From IMG/VR virus record IMGVR_UViG_3300020580_000015, positions 1 to 60,636 of that record: DNA of 60,636 nt; one strand, given 5' to 3'. Origin of the DNA: a virus (lineage: Duplodnaviria > Caudoviricetes). Below, piece by piece: positions 35,393 to 44,897 of this stretch; the stretch's first letter is position 1, and the number at the start of each line of letters is the position of its first letter. The position numbers and the translations under genes were made by a program. The notes under the pieces were generated by a model. It did no database searches and was not told where the DNA came from. It saw nothing but the letters and a program-made list of their open reading frames with translations.

Positions 35393-37852
35393 TCAAGCAG
35401 CCTTTTTCGGCTTCTTGGGTTTGGCAGCGGCCAACGCCTTAGCGGCGGCAACCTTCTGCTCGTTCAACTCCTGTTGATGTTTCAACGTCAGCGCGTGCTT
35501 CTCGTGCATGCGCCGCATCTCGGCCTCGTGGGCCGCGGTGTGTCGCGCCAGCTCTGCTTCATGCTGCTGCTGAGCACGGGCTTGCTCTGCCTGCAGGTTC
35601 AGATGCGCGGCGCCCTGATCGGCAACGTGCTGTTGGGCTGCGTGTACAATATTCTGTTTGTGCTGCTGATCGGCGTGCGTCATATCCTGGAGGTTGCCGA
35701 CGTGCTTAGCAGCGAGATCCATCTGCGCGGACTGCGCGGCGGTCTGACTTTCCTGTGAGTCGGACTTGATCTCGTTCGCCATCTTGATGTTCGCCAGGTG
35801 CTTGCCGGCGGTCTCGAACTGAACTTTCTGCTGCTCCATCGGGCTGATCTGAGCACGAGACTGCGCTATCTGCGCGTCCGCGGTCATCTTCGTGGTCTTA
35901 CCCTGCAGCAGCTGCATCTCAAGCTGTTGCTGTTGCTGCTGCATCTGCTGTGCGGCGGACTTCTGCGAGCCGACACCGGCCGCCTTCTCCTTCTCAGTCG
36001 GCTGGATGATGCCTTGCTGTATCAGCGGGATCCGCAACCGGTTCGCCATCTCTTGCGCGTCCGGCGAGTCGATGTTCTTCGCGATCAGGTCGCTGATCAT
36101 CGGCGCGTTCTGCGGCATCGCTTCAGCAAACGAGATCAATGTATCGAGCGCTTCTTGGCGCGCGGACTGGAAGCTTGGGCCGATGGTGACTTCAACGTCA
36201 TAAGAACCCTGCGACAGATCGTTCATCACGTCGCCGGTCAGGTCGTTCTCTTTGTTGATCTCGACCATCTTCTCGACGCCGTCGTGACCAATTATGCGCT
36301 CGACACGCGCCGAGTCATAGACGGATGGGATCATGTCGACAAACATTTCCCAAGTGAGCTGCAGCGCCGAGCTGAAGCCGTCAATGAATTCGAAGCTGCC
36401 CAGGTCCGAGCGCTTCGTGTGTTGCACGAGCGCTTTGCCTGAGACGCGGTTCATATCTTCCGCGTTGCCGAGCGCTGGGTCGAAATACCCTATCGTGGCT
36501 TGAATGTCCTGGATCGACATCTGCGCGAGAGCCATCGCACCCTGCGGCAGGTCGAGTGGCTGCGTGCGGAACGGCATACCGCCTTCGGCGTTCTTGTCGA
36601 CGTTGTACGGCAAGTACGGGCGCGAGGCGACGTTCGCCTGGTTCCACTCGTTCTCGTAGCCCTTGATCATCGCCTCAGTGACGAGGTACGGCGCCTTCGG
36701 CAGGAGCGCACTGCGCTCGATCATGTCCGAGGCGCGGGAGTTGTAGCTGCGCTGCGCGTCTTTGGAGTGACGGATCAGCGACTGGAATTTCTTGCGGCCT
36801 TCGATGTTGATGTAACGACCGGGACAGCGCACGACCGGAATTCTCTTCCAGTCATAGTAGTACGGGCCTTCGAGCACGGTAGAGCCGTCGATCTTGGCCC
36901 ACATGACCTGCCACTTCGTGGTCTTACGGATCATCGGTTTGCCGGTCTTCTTGTTCGTCGCGATGCGCGTGACGCCGCTCTTCTCGAACGTCAGACCGTG
37001 CTCTTCGAGATGCTTTTCTGTTGCCTTTAGATCGGCGTCGTACTCGCGTACGGTGCCGTCGGTCATCTTCGCGATCCACTTCTCACGCGGCACGCGCTCG
37101 AAGTATTCGGCGATGCGAACTTCTTTGTCAGTGAACCAGCCGTAGCTGTCACGCGAGACAGTGAAGCTGTTCATATTGCCGTCCGGGTACAGAGACTCGT
37201 AGATCTCGTCGGAGATGCGCTCCGCCACGATGCAGCGGTTGGCGTCGGCCGCGCACGCGTCAGCGCACTGCGGATCCCACACCACTGTCTGAGGGTTCGA
37301 GATGTTGAGGACACGCAGCACCTGGTCGAAGGCGCCTTCACCGTCGTCTTGCATGTAGGTCGGCATGATGCGCCATGCACCAAAGCCGCCAGCGACGGCG
37401 AACTTGAATTGTTCCTTGTAGATCTGATCAGCACGGCTGCACTGCTCAATGGAACGGCACAGACCGGCGAATACGTCGGAGATTGCCTCAGACGCGCCAT
37501 CGGACGCGGGCCGCACCTTGCCAGCGGGGCGCGTCTGACGCATATCAGCCACCACCATGTTCACTGGCTGCAAGCAGCGATTGAACGTGTAGCACGGCTT
37601 GCCGCGGCGATTTTGGAGCACGACGGGATCCCATTGCCCCATCGCTTCGGCGTTGTAGATGAAGTTCAGATCTTCGGAGTGCATGCGACGGTTCTCTTCC
37701 CACGCACCGACACCTTCGTCATAGAAGTTGCGGATGCGCGAGAGGAGACCTTCGTTGTCCTTGATCTGGAACCCAGGCGAGTCGGGGAGCGTGCCGCGTT
37801 GTCCCGGCACGTCCCCGATCAGATCCCAGTTATCGCCTGCGTTGCCGCTCAT
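35393..37852 (-). CDS. portal protein, P22 gp1-like
   Basis: GQWD, RPAGKV, GGFGAWR, KDAQR..N, SGKA, YDV.V..GPSF.S.RQE; Q-rich barrel. Confidence 0.93.
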   Translation of the reverse strand: MSGNAGDNWDLIGDVPGQRGTLPDSPGFQIKDNEGLLSRIRNFYDEGVGAWEENRRMHSEDLNFIYNAEAMGQWDPVVLQNRRGKPCYTFNRCLQPVNMVVADMRQTRPAGKVRPASDGASEAISDVFAGLCRSIEQCSRADQIYKEQFKFAVAGGFGAWRIMPTYMQDDGEGAFDQVLRVLNISNPQTVVWDPQCADACAADANRCIVAERISDEIYESLYPDGNMNSFTVSRDSYGWFTDKEVRIAEYFERVPREKWIAKMTDGTVREYDADLKATEKHLEEHGLTFEKSGVTRIATNKKTGKPMIRKTTKWQVMWAKIDGSTVLEGPYYYDWKRIPVVRCPGRYINIEGRKKFQSLIRHSKDAQRSYNSRASDMIERSALLPKAPYLVTEAMIKGYENEWNQANVASRPYLPYNVDKNAEGGMPFRTQPLDLPQGAMALAQMSIQDIQATIGYFDPALGNAEDMNRVSGKALVQHTKRSDLGSFEFIDGFSSALQLTWEMFVDMIPSVYDSARVERIIGHDGVEKMVEINKENDLTGDVMNDLSQGSYDVEVTIGPSFQSARQEALDTLISFAEAMPQNAPMISDLIAKNIDSPDAQEMANRLRIPLIQQGIIQPTEKEKAAGVGSQKSAAQQMQQQQQQLEMQLLQGKTTKMTADAQIAQSRAQISPMEQQKVQFETAGKHLANIKMANEIKSDSQESQTAAQSAQMDLAAKHVGNLQDMTHADQQHKQNIVHAAQQHVADQGAAHLNLQAEQARAQQQHEAELARHTAAHEAEMRRMHEKHALTLKHQQELNEQKVAAAKALAAAKPKKPKKAA

Positions 37853-38346
37853 TACGTGGGCATCTCGTCGATGATAGCTCGCTGGCCGTCGCCAACGAAG
37901 ACGCCGTCAAACGTGTTGGACGGGATGTACTTCGGCGGTCCGTCGTTCTTCCACTCGTGCACGGGTTTCTTATCCTGTGTTTTTCGGCCGCTGTCGACCA
38001 ATCGTTGGTACTGGACGCGGACCTGGTTGCGAATCGAGTTGTTCTTGAAGTTGAACGGAGCGACCTTGCCCTTGCGTTCGACGACCAGATTGTTCGCGCC
38101 GGAGGTGACGTGTATGGTGTACGTCCCCAGCTTCATCTTGCGGCCGTTGTTGTCGACGCGCCGCGGATCTTCATCCTGTTGGCACTCCTCGACGATCTTG
38201 CCATCCGATGCCGGACGTTTCGTGAAACGCCAATCGACGGTCTGCGTCACCGCACCCGTCTTCTCGTCTTTGTGCTCGATCTTGTGGGCCGCTTGCTGTC
38301 GCAGGCGGATACCCTCTTCGTGCACCAGCTTCAATGTAACGCTCAT
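37852..38346 (-). CDS. hypothetical protein
   Basis: GAGG RBS; TAATG coupling to portal. Confidence 0.7.
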   Translation of the reverse strand: MSVTLKLVHEEGIRLRQQAAHKIEHKDEKTGAVTQTVDWRFTKRPASDGKIVEECQQDEDPRRVDNNGRKMKLGTYTIHVTSGANNLVVERKGKVAPFNFKNNSIRNQVRVQYQRLVDSGRKTQDKKPVHEWKNDGPPKYIPSNTFDGVFVGDGQRAIIDEMPT

Positions 38347-38370
38347 TTGGTCTCACCCTCTGTTGAAAAA

Positions 38371-39147
38371 TTAACCACTCCACACTCCGCCTTGCGTCGC
38401 CATCTCAGGCACCCAGCTGAACCACGGCAAGCCGCCATCGCTCGCGGGCGGCGCCTTCGCCACGTCGTGGCCGCTCATCACGTTGTAGCGTGTGGCGTCC
38501 ATCAAATGGTCGTTCTTTTTTATAATGTTGCCTTTCTCATCGCGACGATACAGGCGCACCTCTTTGAACCAATTAACGCAGGTGCTGAAGATGCGCAGCT
38601 GCTGCGTCGAGAGCATGTCCCAGGTCTGCACCAGCCCGGTCACGACCGTGTTGTCGGCCTTGCTGACCTTCAGCCCGAGGTTGCAGTACGTGTCGATCAG
38701 CAATTCACCGTCGGTGCCGCGCGCTTTCTGCGCCGCAGGGTCTATCACGCCGTGAATCCACGGACCGCGCCGATTGATCGCTGCGACATGTACTGCAGGG
38801 TCGGCTTGACCGCGATAGTACTCGTCGTACATCACCGCCGGGTACCGTTGGTTGCCGGCGGCGTCTTTGAATCCGTTGTCGATGTCCCAAGCGAACCAGC
38901 ACACCGCGGTGCAGTTCCAGCCCGGGTCCATCCCGTACGAGCGCGGCCAGTGGGCCGGGATATCGAACGGCTGGATCGACATCACGCTCTCGGGGATCGG
39001 GTAGATCGCGCCGACGCCGTGCCCGGGTATGCCGGACTTACGTGCTTGGAGCTGCCACGCCGGCACGCTCGACAAGATTTTCTTTTTCTCCGATTCGGTC
39101 AAATGAGCGACATCGTCCATGTCTAAAAAAACGCATGATTTAGACAT
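38371..39147 (-). CDS. terminase large subunit, C-terminal fragment (end of ATPase/hinge plus RNase H nuclease)
   Basis: AHLTE...ARKSGIP..G.G.IYP, GMDPGWN, IDPA, DHLMDATRY. Confidence 0.9.
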   Translation of the reverse strand: MSKSCVFLDMDDVAHLTESEKKKILSSVPAWQLQARKSGIPGHGVGAIYPIPESVMSIQPFDIPAHWPRSYGMDPGWNCTAVCWFAWDIDNGFKDAAGNQRYPAVMYDEYYRGQADPAVHVAAINRRGPWIHGVIDPAAQKARGTDGELLIDTYCNLGLKVSKADNTVVTGLVQTWDMLSTQQLRIFSTCVNWFKEVRLYRRDEKGNIIKKNDHLMDATRYNVMSGHDVAKAPPASDGGLPWFSWVPEMATQGGVWSG

Positions 39148-39648
39148 TTACGCCACCGCGAAGCTGTGTTTCTTGCTGCTATTTTCAGATTTAGATAGCA
39201 GTCGTAGATTTTCTGGCACATGTAGACCGCTGACGCGGGCTCCTTGTAGCGGAATTATATGATCGACAGTTAATCCTGCCGCAACGGCTTGATCGTAAAA
39301 AACCTGAATAGCGTCGAGGTCAGCCCAAGCTACGGTACGCTGAAGCTGCGCGGCGCGTCTCTTAGCCTCGTACGCGTTATAGGCGCCTCTGTGCGAATCC
39401 TTATACACCGCCAGATGTTCTCTGTTGAGCGCTTTCCAATTTTCGGAAGCCGTCAGATCTCTGGTAGGGTCTGTCGCGTATCTATCTCTCCTGCGCTGCT
39501 GTGCGCACTCTATGCAGCGCGATTCTCGGCGCGTAGACGGTTTGCCCTGCGTCGTAGTATACGAATACCAGTAAAAATCTTCTGGAGCTTTACCTTGTCC
39601 GCACATAGTGCACGGCTTGTGCTGTGGTCGTATTTTTACCTCACTCAT
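39148..39648 (-). CDS. HNH homing endonuclease interrupting terL
   Basis: CxxC pairs; TVDHIIPLQG..VSGLHVPENL....ENSSK. Confidence 0.92.
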   Translation of the reverse strand: MSEVKIRPQHKPCTMCGQGKAPEDFYWYSYTTTQGKPSTRRESRCIECAQQRRRDRYATDPTRDLTASENWKALNREHLAVYKDSHRGAYNAYEAKRRAAQLQRTVAWADLDAIQVFYDQAVAAGLTVDHIIPLQGARVSGLHVPENLRLLSKSENSSKKHSFAVA

Positions 39649-40537
39649 CGACGACCGTCTCCTCTTCCAGCTCCCACTGCTCAGTCGGCATCGCGTCTGG
39701 CTCGGGCGACAGCTCGGGCATGAACGTGATCATCAGGTCCGATACGCCCAACAGCGGCGTCTCTGTCAGCACCAGCGTGCCGTTCACTTCGCCGGGCACC
39801 GTGCTCATGAGCCGCATGCCGCACTCGGCGTAAATTTCCAGCTTCGGCTCTTCGTCGAGGTGGATCCTGTCCTGGCGCGTGCCTTGGAAGGCTTCGCGGC
39901 CCTGATCGTACGACTTAAACTGCAGCGTCGAGATGCCGCCGGACACGTGACGCACAAAAACCGACTCGAACGCATCGGCGAGACCGTGTTTCACCGTCCG
40001 CCGCACCAAAAGGTCGCCAGGAATCATCCCGGTGCCGTACGCGGACTCAACGCCGGGCTTACCGCACATCTTTTCTTGTAAAATGTCGCGCGTGTTCTTC
40101 GCGGTATCGGTCGCCAACCACATATCGATGGGTCGGTCGTATCTTCGTCCCGGCCACCAGTCAGGGTACAGCCCGGTAAGGTGCAGCGCATCCGCAAAAC
40201 AGCCGCAGTGCGTCTTACCAGTTCTGTTTCCACCGAAAAGTGCAATTTCATCGTCCTTCGCTTCTGAGGCGAAGAACTGCATCTGCTTCGGATAGTGCGC
40301 CCGACCGAGCGGGCAGTTTTTCAGCGCCGGATGGTCAGTCGGATCCTGAAACCAGGTCACTATTTGGGTCTGATCCTGGATTTTCGCTCGCTGGCTCAGG
40401 ATCTGGATCAGTTTCGTTGTCTCTGCCAGACTCAACGAGCTGATATTCTGCTTCGATAACAGACTCGTCAGCTGTGTCGGCAGCGGCGAGTAAACCCTGT
40501 CGATTAAATCTCGATAGGATTGTGGAAAGTTGCGCAT
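39641..40537 (-). CDS. terminase large subunit, N-terminal ATPase fragment (P22 gp2-like)
   Basis: YPKQ, GGNRTGKT (Walker A), FKSYDQGREAFQG, LDEE (Walker B), TETPLLG. Confidence 0.92.
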   Translation of the reverse strand: MRNFPQSYRDLIDRVYSPLPTQLTSLLSKQNISSLSLAETTKLIQILSQRAKIQDQTQIVTWFQDPTDHPALKNCPLGRAHYPKQMQFFASEAKDDEIALFGGNRTGKTHCGCFADALHLTGLYPDWWPGRRYDRPIDMWLATDTAKNTRDILQEKMCGKPGVESAYGTGMIPGDLLVRRTVKHGLADAFESVFVRHVSGGISTLQFKSYDQGREAFQGTRQDRIHLDEEPKLEIYAECGMRLMSTVPGEVNGTLVLTETPLLGVSDLMITFMPELSPEPDAMPTEQWELEEETVVDE

Positions 40538-41411
40538 GTGCCTGGTCCAACGTTAGGTTTTGCTTCACGTTGAGATCCATTTTTAGGTTCTCACCGAATT
40601 TTTCAGGAAAAAGGTTCGCAGCGATGCGTCCCAGCATCCGCGCATCACCTTTAACGGCGGAGGCAGACGCTGCGTGGTCGAAAACTGCGCGCGCTACCTG
40701 CGCGGCGTCGTCAAATGCGCGCTGAAAATCCGAGTTCGCAGACAATTCCTTGTGAAACTGCACGTTGGTGGCGCCGACGGCGCGTAGCGCCTGCTTCATG
40801 TCTGCCGTGTTGGCGTACGTGATCAGAAAAACGCGCTGCTTGTCGTCGGTCCAATCGAAATCTTCCGTAACCTGCTGCGTACGGGCGATGCCCATACTCT
40901 CTTCGAGCCGGTTCACCGCCTCACGGAACGTTGTGTTCCAGCTAAGTATCGCCAAAAACTCTGATTCGGTCCGCCCGAGCGATTCGGCGGCTAGCACGAA
41001 ATCTTTCAGCTCCGCGTACTTCTCAAGAAATTTCTTCTCGGCGGTACTCGGCTGTGCCGGACCTGCCGGCGCGGTGTTCTTCTGCGTGTACGCGCGCCTG
41101 CGCGCTTCCTCCAGCTCCGGGACGCCTTTGCCGTACACCGGCATCAAACCTTTCTCGACGCGTTGGCAGTCGACGCAGATGCTGCTGTTCGCTACGTAGC
41201 GAGCAGCGCGGTGGCCGGTGACGCATACGGCACCGGTCCAAAAGTGTTTCCAGCCGCGCGCCTTCGCCTCTTCAAGAGAGACGAAGCGCGTCGGCTGGTA
41301 ATTGTACATGTCCGGCCGGCCGTCACGCAGTGGCGCAACGGTCTCGGGCCGGATCTTCGGCCACTTCCCCCATTCGTGCTTCGGGGATCCGGGCGGATTT
41401 TCGCCTATCAT
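40335..41411 (-). CDS. terminase small subunit-like protein with extra Zn-finger and tandem HTH
   Basis: EAKARG..FWTG..C..GH...C..C; two HTH-like repeats; FPEKFG; position upstream of terL. Confidence 0.65.
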   Translation of the reverse strand: MIGENPPGSPKHEWGKWPKIRPETVAPLRDGRPDMYNYQPTRFVSLEEAKARGWKHFWTGAVCVTGHRAARYVANSSICVDCQRVEKGLMPVYGKGVPELEEARRRAYTQKNTAPAGPAQPSTAEKKFLEKYAELKDFVLAAESLGRTESEFLAILSWNTTFREAVNRLEESMGIARTQQVTEDFDWTDDKQRVFLITYANTADMKQALRAVGATNVQFHKELSANSDFQRAFDDAAQVARAVFDHAASASAVKGDARMLGRIAANLFPEKFGENLKMDLNVKQNLTLDQAHAQLSTILSRFNRQGLLAAADTADESVIEAEYQLVESGRDNETDPDPEPASENPGSDPNSDLVSGSD

Positions 41412-41950
41412 GCGCGGTGCCAGTCTTCGCTGCCCGACATGAAATTTCCCTTCCTGTCGTAGCCAGCGCTCTGCTGCCACATCAGGCACTCGTTCAACGA
41501 CTCGTCGGGGTCGACCGAGTAGATGGCCTTCTGCCAGACGAACGCGAGATCTCCGATGCCAGGGAATCCAATGCGGTCGAAGTCCACGAGAGTGATATTG
41601 CGGAAACTGAATTCCACCACATCACCAGGCTTCACCTGCATCGGAATAATTTGTCCGGTCTCTGCGCCATCCTCGAACCACAGCGTGCGGCCCGAGAGTT
41701 TGCTTGGCGCGAACTGCATGATCTTGCCGTCCGGCCCGAGCACAGGTGGCCCATCGCTGATGGATTGCTGAAACGCCACTTTGCGCCGCTGGCGGCGGCC
41801 GTAGCCAACACCAACAACCACCCCTTTATGAATTTCCACCCCCGGCGTGAGTAAAGTAGGATGGACGTACGGTAAAACCTTCACCAAAACCCGGTCGCGT
41901 AGCACGCGCACGCGCTTGCCGATGTCTTCCAGCTCTTCTGTTAGCATCAT
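41408..41950 (-). CDS. GroES-like co-chaperonin with large insertion
   Basis: LRDRVLVK, GVVVGVGYG, PMQVKPGDVVEF. Confidence 0.75.
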   Translation of the reverse strand: MMLTEELEDIGKRVRVLRDRVLVKVLPYVHPTLLTPGVEIHKGVVVGVGYGRRQRRKVAFQQSISDGPPVLGPDGKIMQFAPSKLSGRTLWFEDGAETGQIIPMQVKPGDVVEFSFRNITLVDFDRIGFPGIGDLAFVWQKAIYSVDPDESLNECLMWQQSAGYDRKGNFMSGSEDWHRA

Positions 41951-42032
41951 AGCTGGTGACTCCTCAAGTATCGAGCCGCGGCTATGAGCGTATCAGAGCT
42001 GTCTTTAAAACTGCCTATGCCATGAGGCGATG

Positions 42033-42329
42033 TCATGGCCGCACCTCGACTGCATCCACGTCAGTATCGCGCATCAAGCGAATTTTCTTACCAACACCGT
42101 AGTCAGAATCCATGCCAGCGGTGGCGGCGAAAGTGACTACGTCGCCAACTTTCGTCTCCATAGGTGTGCGTTCGCCGAGCGGGAGCATTCGTCCAGGCCC
42201 GACCGCGACCACCTCTCCTCGTAGCGTTCTTTGCCAATCAGGGAGTTTTATTACTCCCTCCGCTTTATCCAGGAGCGCCACCGCCACCAGATCGTCAAGC
42301 AATCGCTGACTGAAATCTATCTTCGCCAT
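42033..42329 (-). CDS. GroES-like co-chaperonin
   Basis: GVIKLPD, GEVVAVGPG, PMETKVGDVVTF, LMRDTDV. Confidence 0.88.
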   Translation of the reverse strand: MAKIDFSQRLLDDLVAVALLDKAEGVIKLPDWQRTLRGEVVAVGPGRMLPLGERTPMETKVGDVVTFAATAGMDSDYGVGKKIRLMRDTDVDAVEVRP

Positions 42330-42362
42330 GTTCTGTACCTCTAACCTTACAGAATGAAAAAT

Positions 42363-42815
42363 TTAATACGCGAGGCCACTCACCGTTGCGAGGGCGCACA
42401 ATTCAATGACTGCAACCACGGCGGTCGACGTGAACGGCTGGCCCGTGACGGAGTCGACGGCCGTGAACTGCATGCCGACCTGGCACAGCTGCGAGCCGAT
42501 GTACGGGAACGTCATCTGCCACGCAGACGCGAGCACCTGAAGATACATGGTCGCAGCGAACGCAGGATACGTAAACGGCGAGCCAGCCGAGCCTACAGCG
42601 CCGGCCGGGTTCAATGTGATCGGGCCGCAGTTGGGCAGCACGACGCTGTTCGTGATGTCATCGATCTCGATGCTGATCGAGGTCGGAATGACGGGCGTGT
42701 TCGTGTGATCCACGAACTGCAGATCCATGAAGATGTCCGTGTTCGGGTATGCTTTGACGTTTGCATATGGTAAAATTGGGCTTCCCTGGAGGTAGCGATT
42801 TCCAATTACACTCAC
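42363..42815 (-). CDS. putative virion protein
   Basis: GGAG RBS, GTG start, beta-rich. Confidence 0.55.
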   Translation of the reverse strand: MSVIGNRYLQGSPILPYANVKAYPNTDIFMDLQFVDHTNTPVIPTSISIEIDDITNSVVLPNCGPITLNPAGAVGSAGSPFTYPAFAATMYLQVLASAWQMTFPYIGSQLCQVGMQFTAVDSVTGQPFTSTAVVAVIELCALATVSGLAY

Positions 42816-42907
42816 GAATTCTTCTCCAGGTATGCCACTCTACCGCCAAGAGCGGTCGAGACGGATGCTGCAGTAGCAGACTCCGAGGCGAATCTGAGTG
42901 AGGATGA

Positions 42908-43234
42908 TCATCGCAGCCCTTTCATCTTGCGCTCGCCGCTCTTGCCTTTGAATTCACGCACCGGCCGAGCCGATAGGACGTGCTTCGCGCGAGCGTGAAC
43001 GGCAGTGTGCTCCGCCGTGGTCATGTGACCCGAGACCCAGCTGTCTGTCGCGTTGCGCATCGCGCGCTTCGTGTCTTCCTTCACGCGCTGCTTCTCGGTC
43101 GGCTCTTTGTAGGACGCCAGCTCTCCGTGCTGTTGGCCCTGCTCGGTAACTGACTTCTCGCCCTTCGATTTCTTGGCGCGCTTTTTGTCTTGCCCTTTCG
43201 GGGTTCTGCTGACGCCTAGGATGGCGCCGAGCAT
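42908..43234 (-). CDS. small basic protein
   Basis: K/R-rich; operon context. Confidence 0.55.
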   Translation of the reverse strand: MLGAILGVSRTPKGQDKKRAKKSKGEKSVTEQGQQHGELASYKEPTEKQRVKEDTKRAMRNATDSWVSGHMTTAEHTAVHARAKHVLSARPVREFKGKSGERKMKGLR

Positions 43235-43244
43235 GGGTGCGATC

Positions 43245-43565
43245 TCAGCCACCGACGCCTCCTTTGCCACCCGTGATCTCGAACGCTGCGGCCGCGCTAG
43301 CGATGAAGAATGAGTTGGCTGGAACCTCAATGTACATCACTGTGCCGACTGTCGCCATGCCGAGTGTGTTCATCACCGGCACGCCGGCAGTGGGGGCGCC
43401 AGCAGCGGCGATGGTGCTCTTGTTGCCCCAGGTCAAATACGCAGCTACTTTGCACACGACACGGAACGTGTTAGCGTCCAGCTGCGTGTCCGTCGCTACC
43501 TGCACCGCGGCCGCGCCGACGAGAACCGTCTGCGTGATCGGGTGAAACGTCGTGTCGATGCTCAT
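43245..43565 (-). CDS. putative virion decoration-like protein
   Basis: GGAG RBS; beta-rich, ends EITGGKG. Confidence 0.6.
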   Translation of the reverse strand: MSIDTTFHPITQTVLVGAAAVQVATDTQLDANTFRVVCKVAAYLTWGNKSTIAAAGAPTAGVPVMNTLGMATVGTVMYIEVPANSFFIASAAAAFEITGGKGGVGG

Positions 43566-43813
43566 CGATAACTCCCGCGTTTGCCAGAGCACCACTCGTT
43601 CAGGATATCGCCCTGGTTGACGTGCTTCAGCTCTTTGGATTCGCGCTGCTTGTGCGGCGCTTGTTTGTCGGACGTGTTGGTGCCTGGGCGCGGACCTGTG
43701 CGGTGCGCTCGCTTGGCGACTTTCTTCGTCTCATGATCGCCGCCACCGAGGCTGGCGCGTGGGCCGTCGACGTGCTTGAACGAGCGACCTTCAGAATTTT
43801 TCTTTTTGAACAC
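43562..43813 (-). CDS. small basic protein
   Basis: Stop-start abutting neighbours; K/R/H-rich. Confidence 0.55.
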   Translation of the reverse strand: MFKKKNSEGRSFKHVDGPRASLGGGDHETKKVAKRAHRTGPRPGTNTSDKQAPHKQRESKELKHVNQGDILNEWCSGKRGSYR

Positions 43814-44035
43814 TCAGGTCTCCGGGGCAGCGTACGTGTTTCTCTGGCCGTGCGCCCACTTATCCAGCTCGCGCTTACGGTCCGCGCGACCTTCACGGGT
43901 CTTGTGCGCGGACTTCTTCATATCTGCGTGCATAAACTCTTTCGCAACAGCGACCGGCGGACCGCCGCCCGTGGGTTTGAACCCATGAGCGACGGCCCGC
44001 ATCAGTTTCGCTTGGGCCGGGGACTTGCTTGGCAC
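43814..44035 (-). CDS. small basic phage protein
   Basis: MPSKSPAQAKLMRAVAH...VAKEF..AD motif common in phage late regions. Confidence 0.75.
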   Translation of the reverse strand: MPSKSPAQAKLMRAVAHGFKPTGGGPPVAVAKEFMHADMKKSAHKTREGRADRKRELDKWAHGQRNTYAAPET

Positions 44036-44278
44036 TTACCGCTCGGTGAGCGCTTTGTCGCCGTGCTTGTCGCCGCGGCCGCCGACTGCATCTTTGTAGA
44101 TGCTGCGCGCGACGCTGTTCAGCTCGCTCTCGCCGCCGGAGTCGCAGGTATCGGAGTGCGGCAGCGCCGTCTTCTCGGCAACACCCTTACGGCTCGCGCC
44201 GTGAGTGCCTTCAACGCCGGCTCGACGGCCCTTCAAATACTCTTCGCCCTTCATCTTGGCGTGTTCGGATTTACCCAT
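44036..44278 (-). CDS. small basic protein
   Basis: GAGGA RBS; K/G-rich. Confidence 0.65.
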   Translation of the reverse strand: MGKSEHAKMKGEEYLKGRRAGVEGTHGASRKGVAEKTALPHSDTCDSGGESELNSVARSIYKDAVGGRGDKHGDKALTER

Positions 44279-44310
44279 GTAAAAAATTCCTCTTGATTGA
44301 ATCGAAAGAA

Positions 44311-44802
44311 TTACGCGGCCGTGATGGCGCCAGCGTAGATACTCTGCATCGTGACGGTCGTCGGAGACGTGACGGTCACAATGAACGTGCGCTCGGTGTT
44401 GATCGCAAGCGTGTTGGTGCCGCTGATCGTGACTCCGGTTCCGCCCGTGAGCGTGATCACGCCCGCAGTGTTGTTGAAGTTCAGGATCGTCAACGTGTAG
44501 ACCACGTTGAACAGATTCGGCACGCCGGCCGGCGGATTGACGCCCGCGGCAAAGGTGCCAAGACCTTGCTTGTACGCAGTCGCCACCGCCTGTTGAATCT
44601 GCGCGATGATATTGACGGCGGTGTCGGTCGTCAGCGCCTGCGCGCCAGCTTGACCACTGAAGCTCGCGTACACATCGCCGGCACCTGCAAGCAGTGTCGC
44701 GGAGATCGTTCCACCGTTCTGCGTGGAGCTGTTGATCTGCGACTGCGGCAACACGGAGACCGCGTTATAAAAATCGTCTCGAAAGACGCCCAATGCTGTC
44801 AT
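44311..44802 (-). CDS. putative virion decoration protein
   Basis: GAGGA RBS; TTDTAVNII...ITLTGGTGVTI. Confidence 0.65.
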   Translation of the reverse strand: MTALGVFRDDFYNAVSVLPQSQINSSTQNGGTISATLLAGAGDVYASFSGQAGAQALTTDTAVNIIAQIQQAVATAYKQGLGTFAAGVNPPAGVPNLFNVVYTLTILNFNNTAGVITLTGGTGVTISGTNTLAINTERTFIVTVTSPTTVTMQSIYAGAITAA

Positions 44803-44897
44803 GAAATTTTCCTCGCGCTCTCAGCGCATCAAATCGACGCCGCCAATTTAATTAGCGGATAAGCAGCAGGCGGTCGTTTAACTACCTGCATGAAAAA

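Noticed and set aside
37790-37805. GQRGT in the portal N-terminus as another QRG site
   Set aside because: Single, imperfect occurrence; QRG also occurs by chance in SSB and the helicase fragment
39148-39648. Group I intron or intein in terL (and in the primase at 55201-55683)
   Set aside because: No non-coding flanks for a ribozyme core; the inserts are separate ORFs with stops and lack intein terminal motifs
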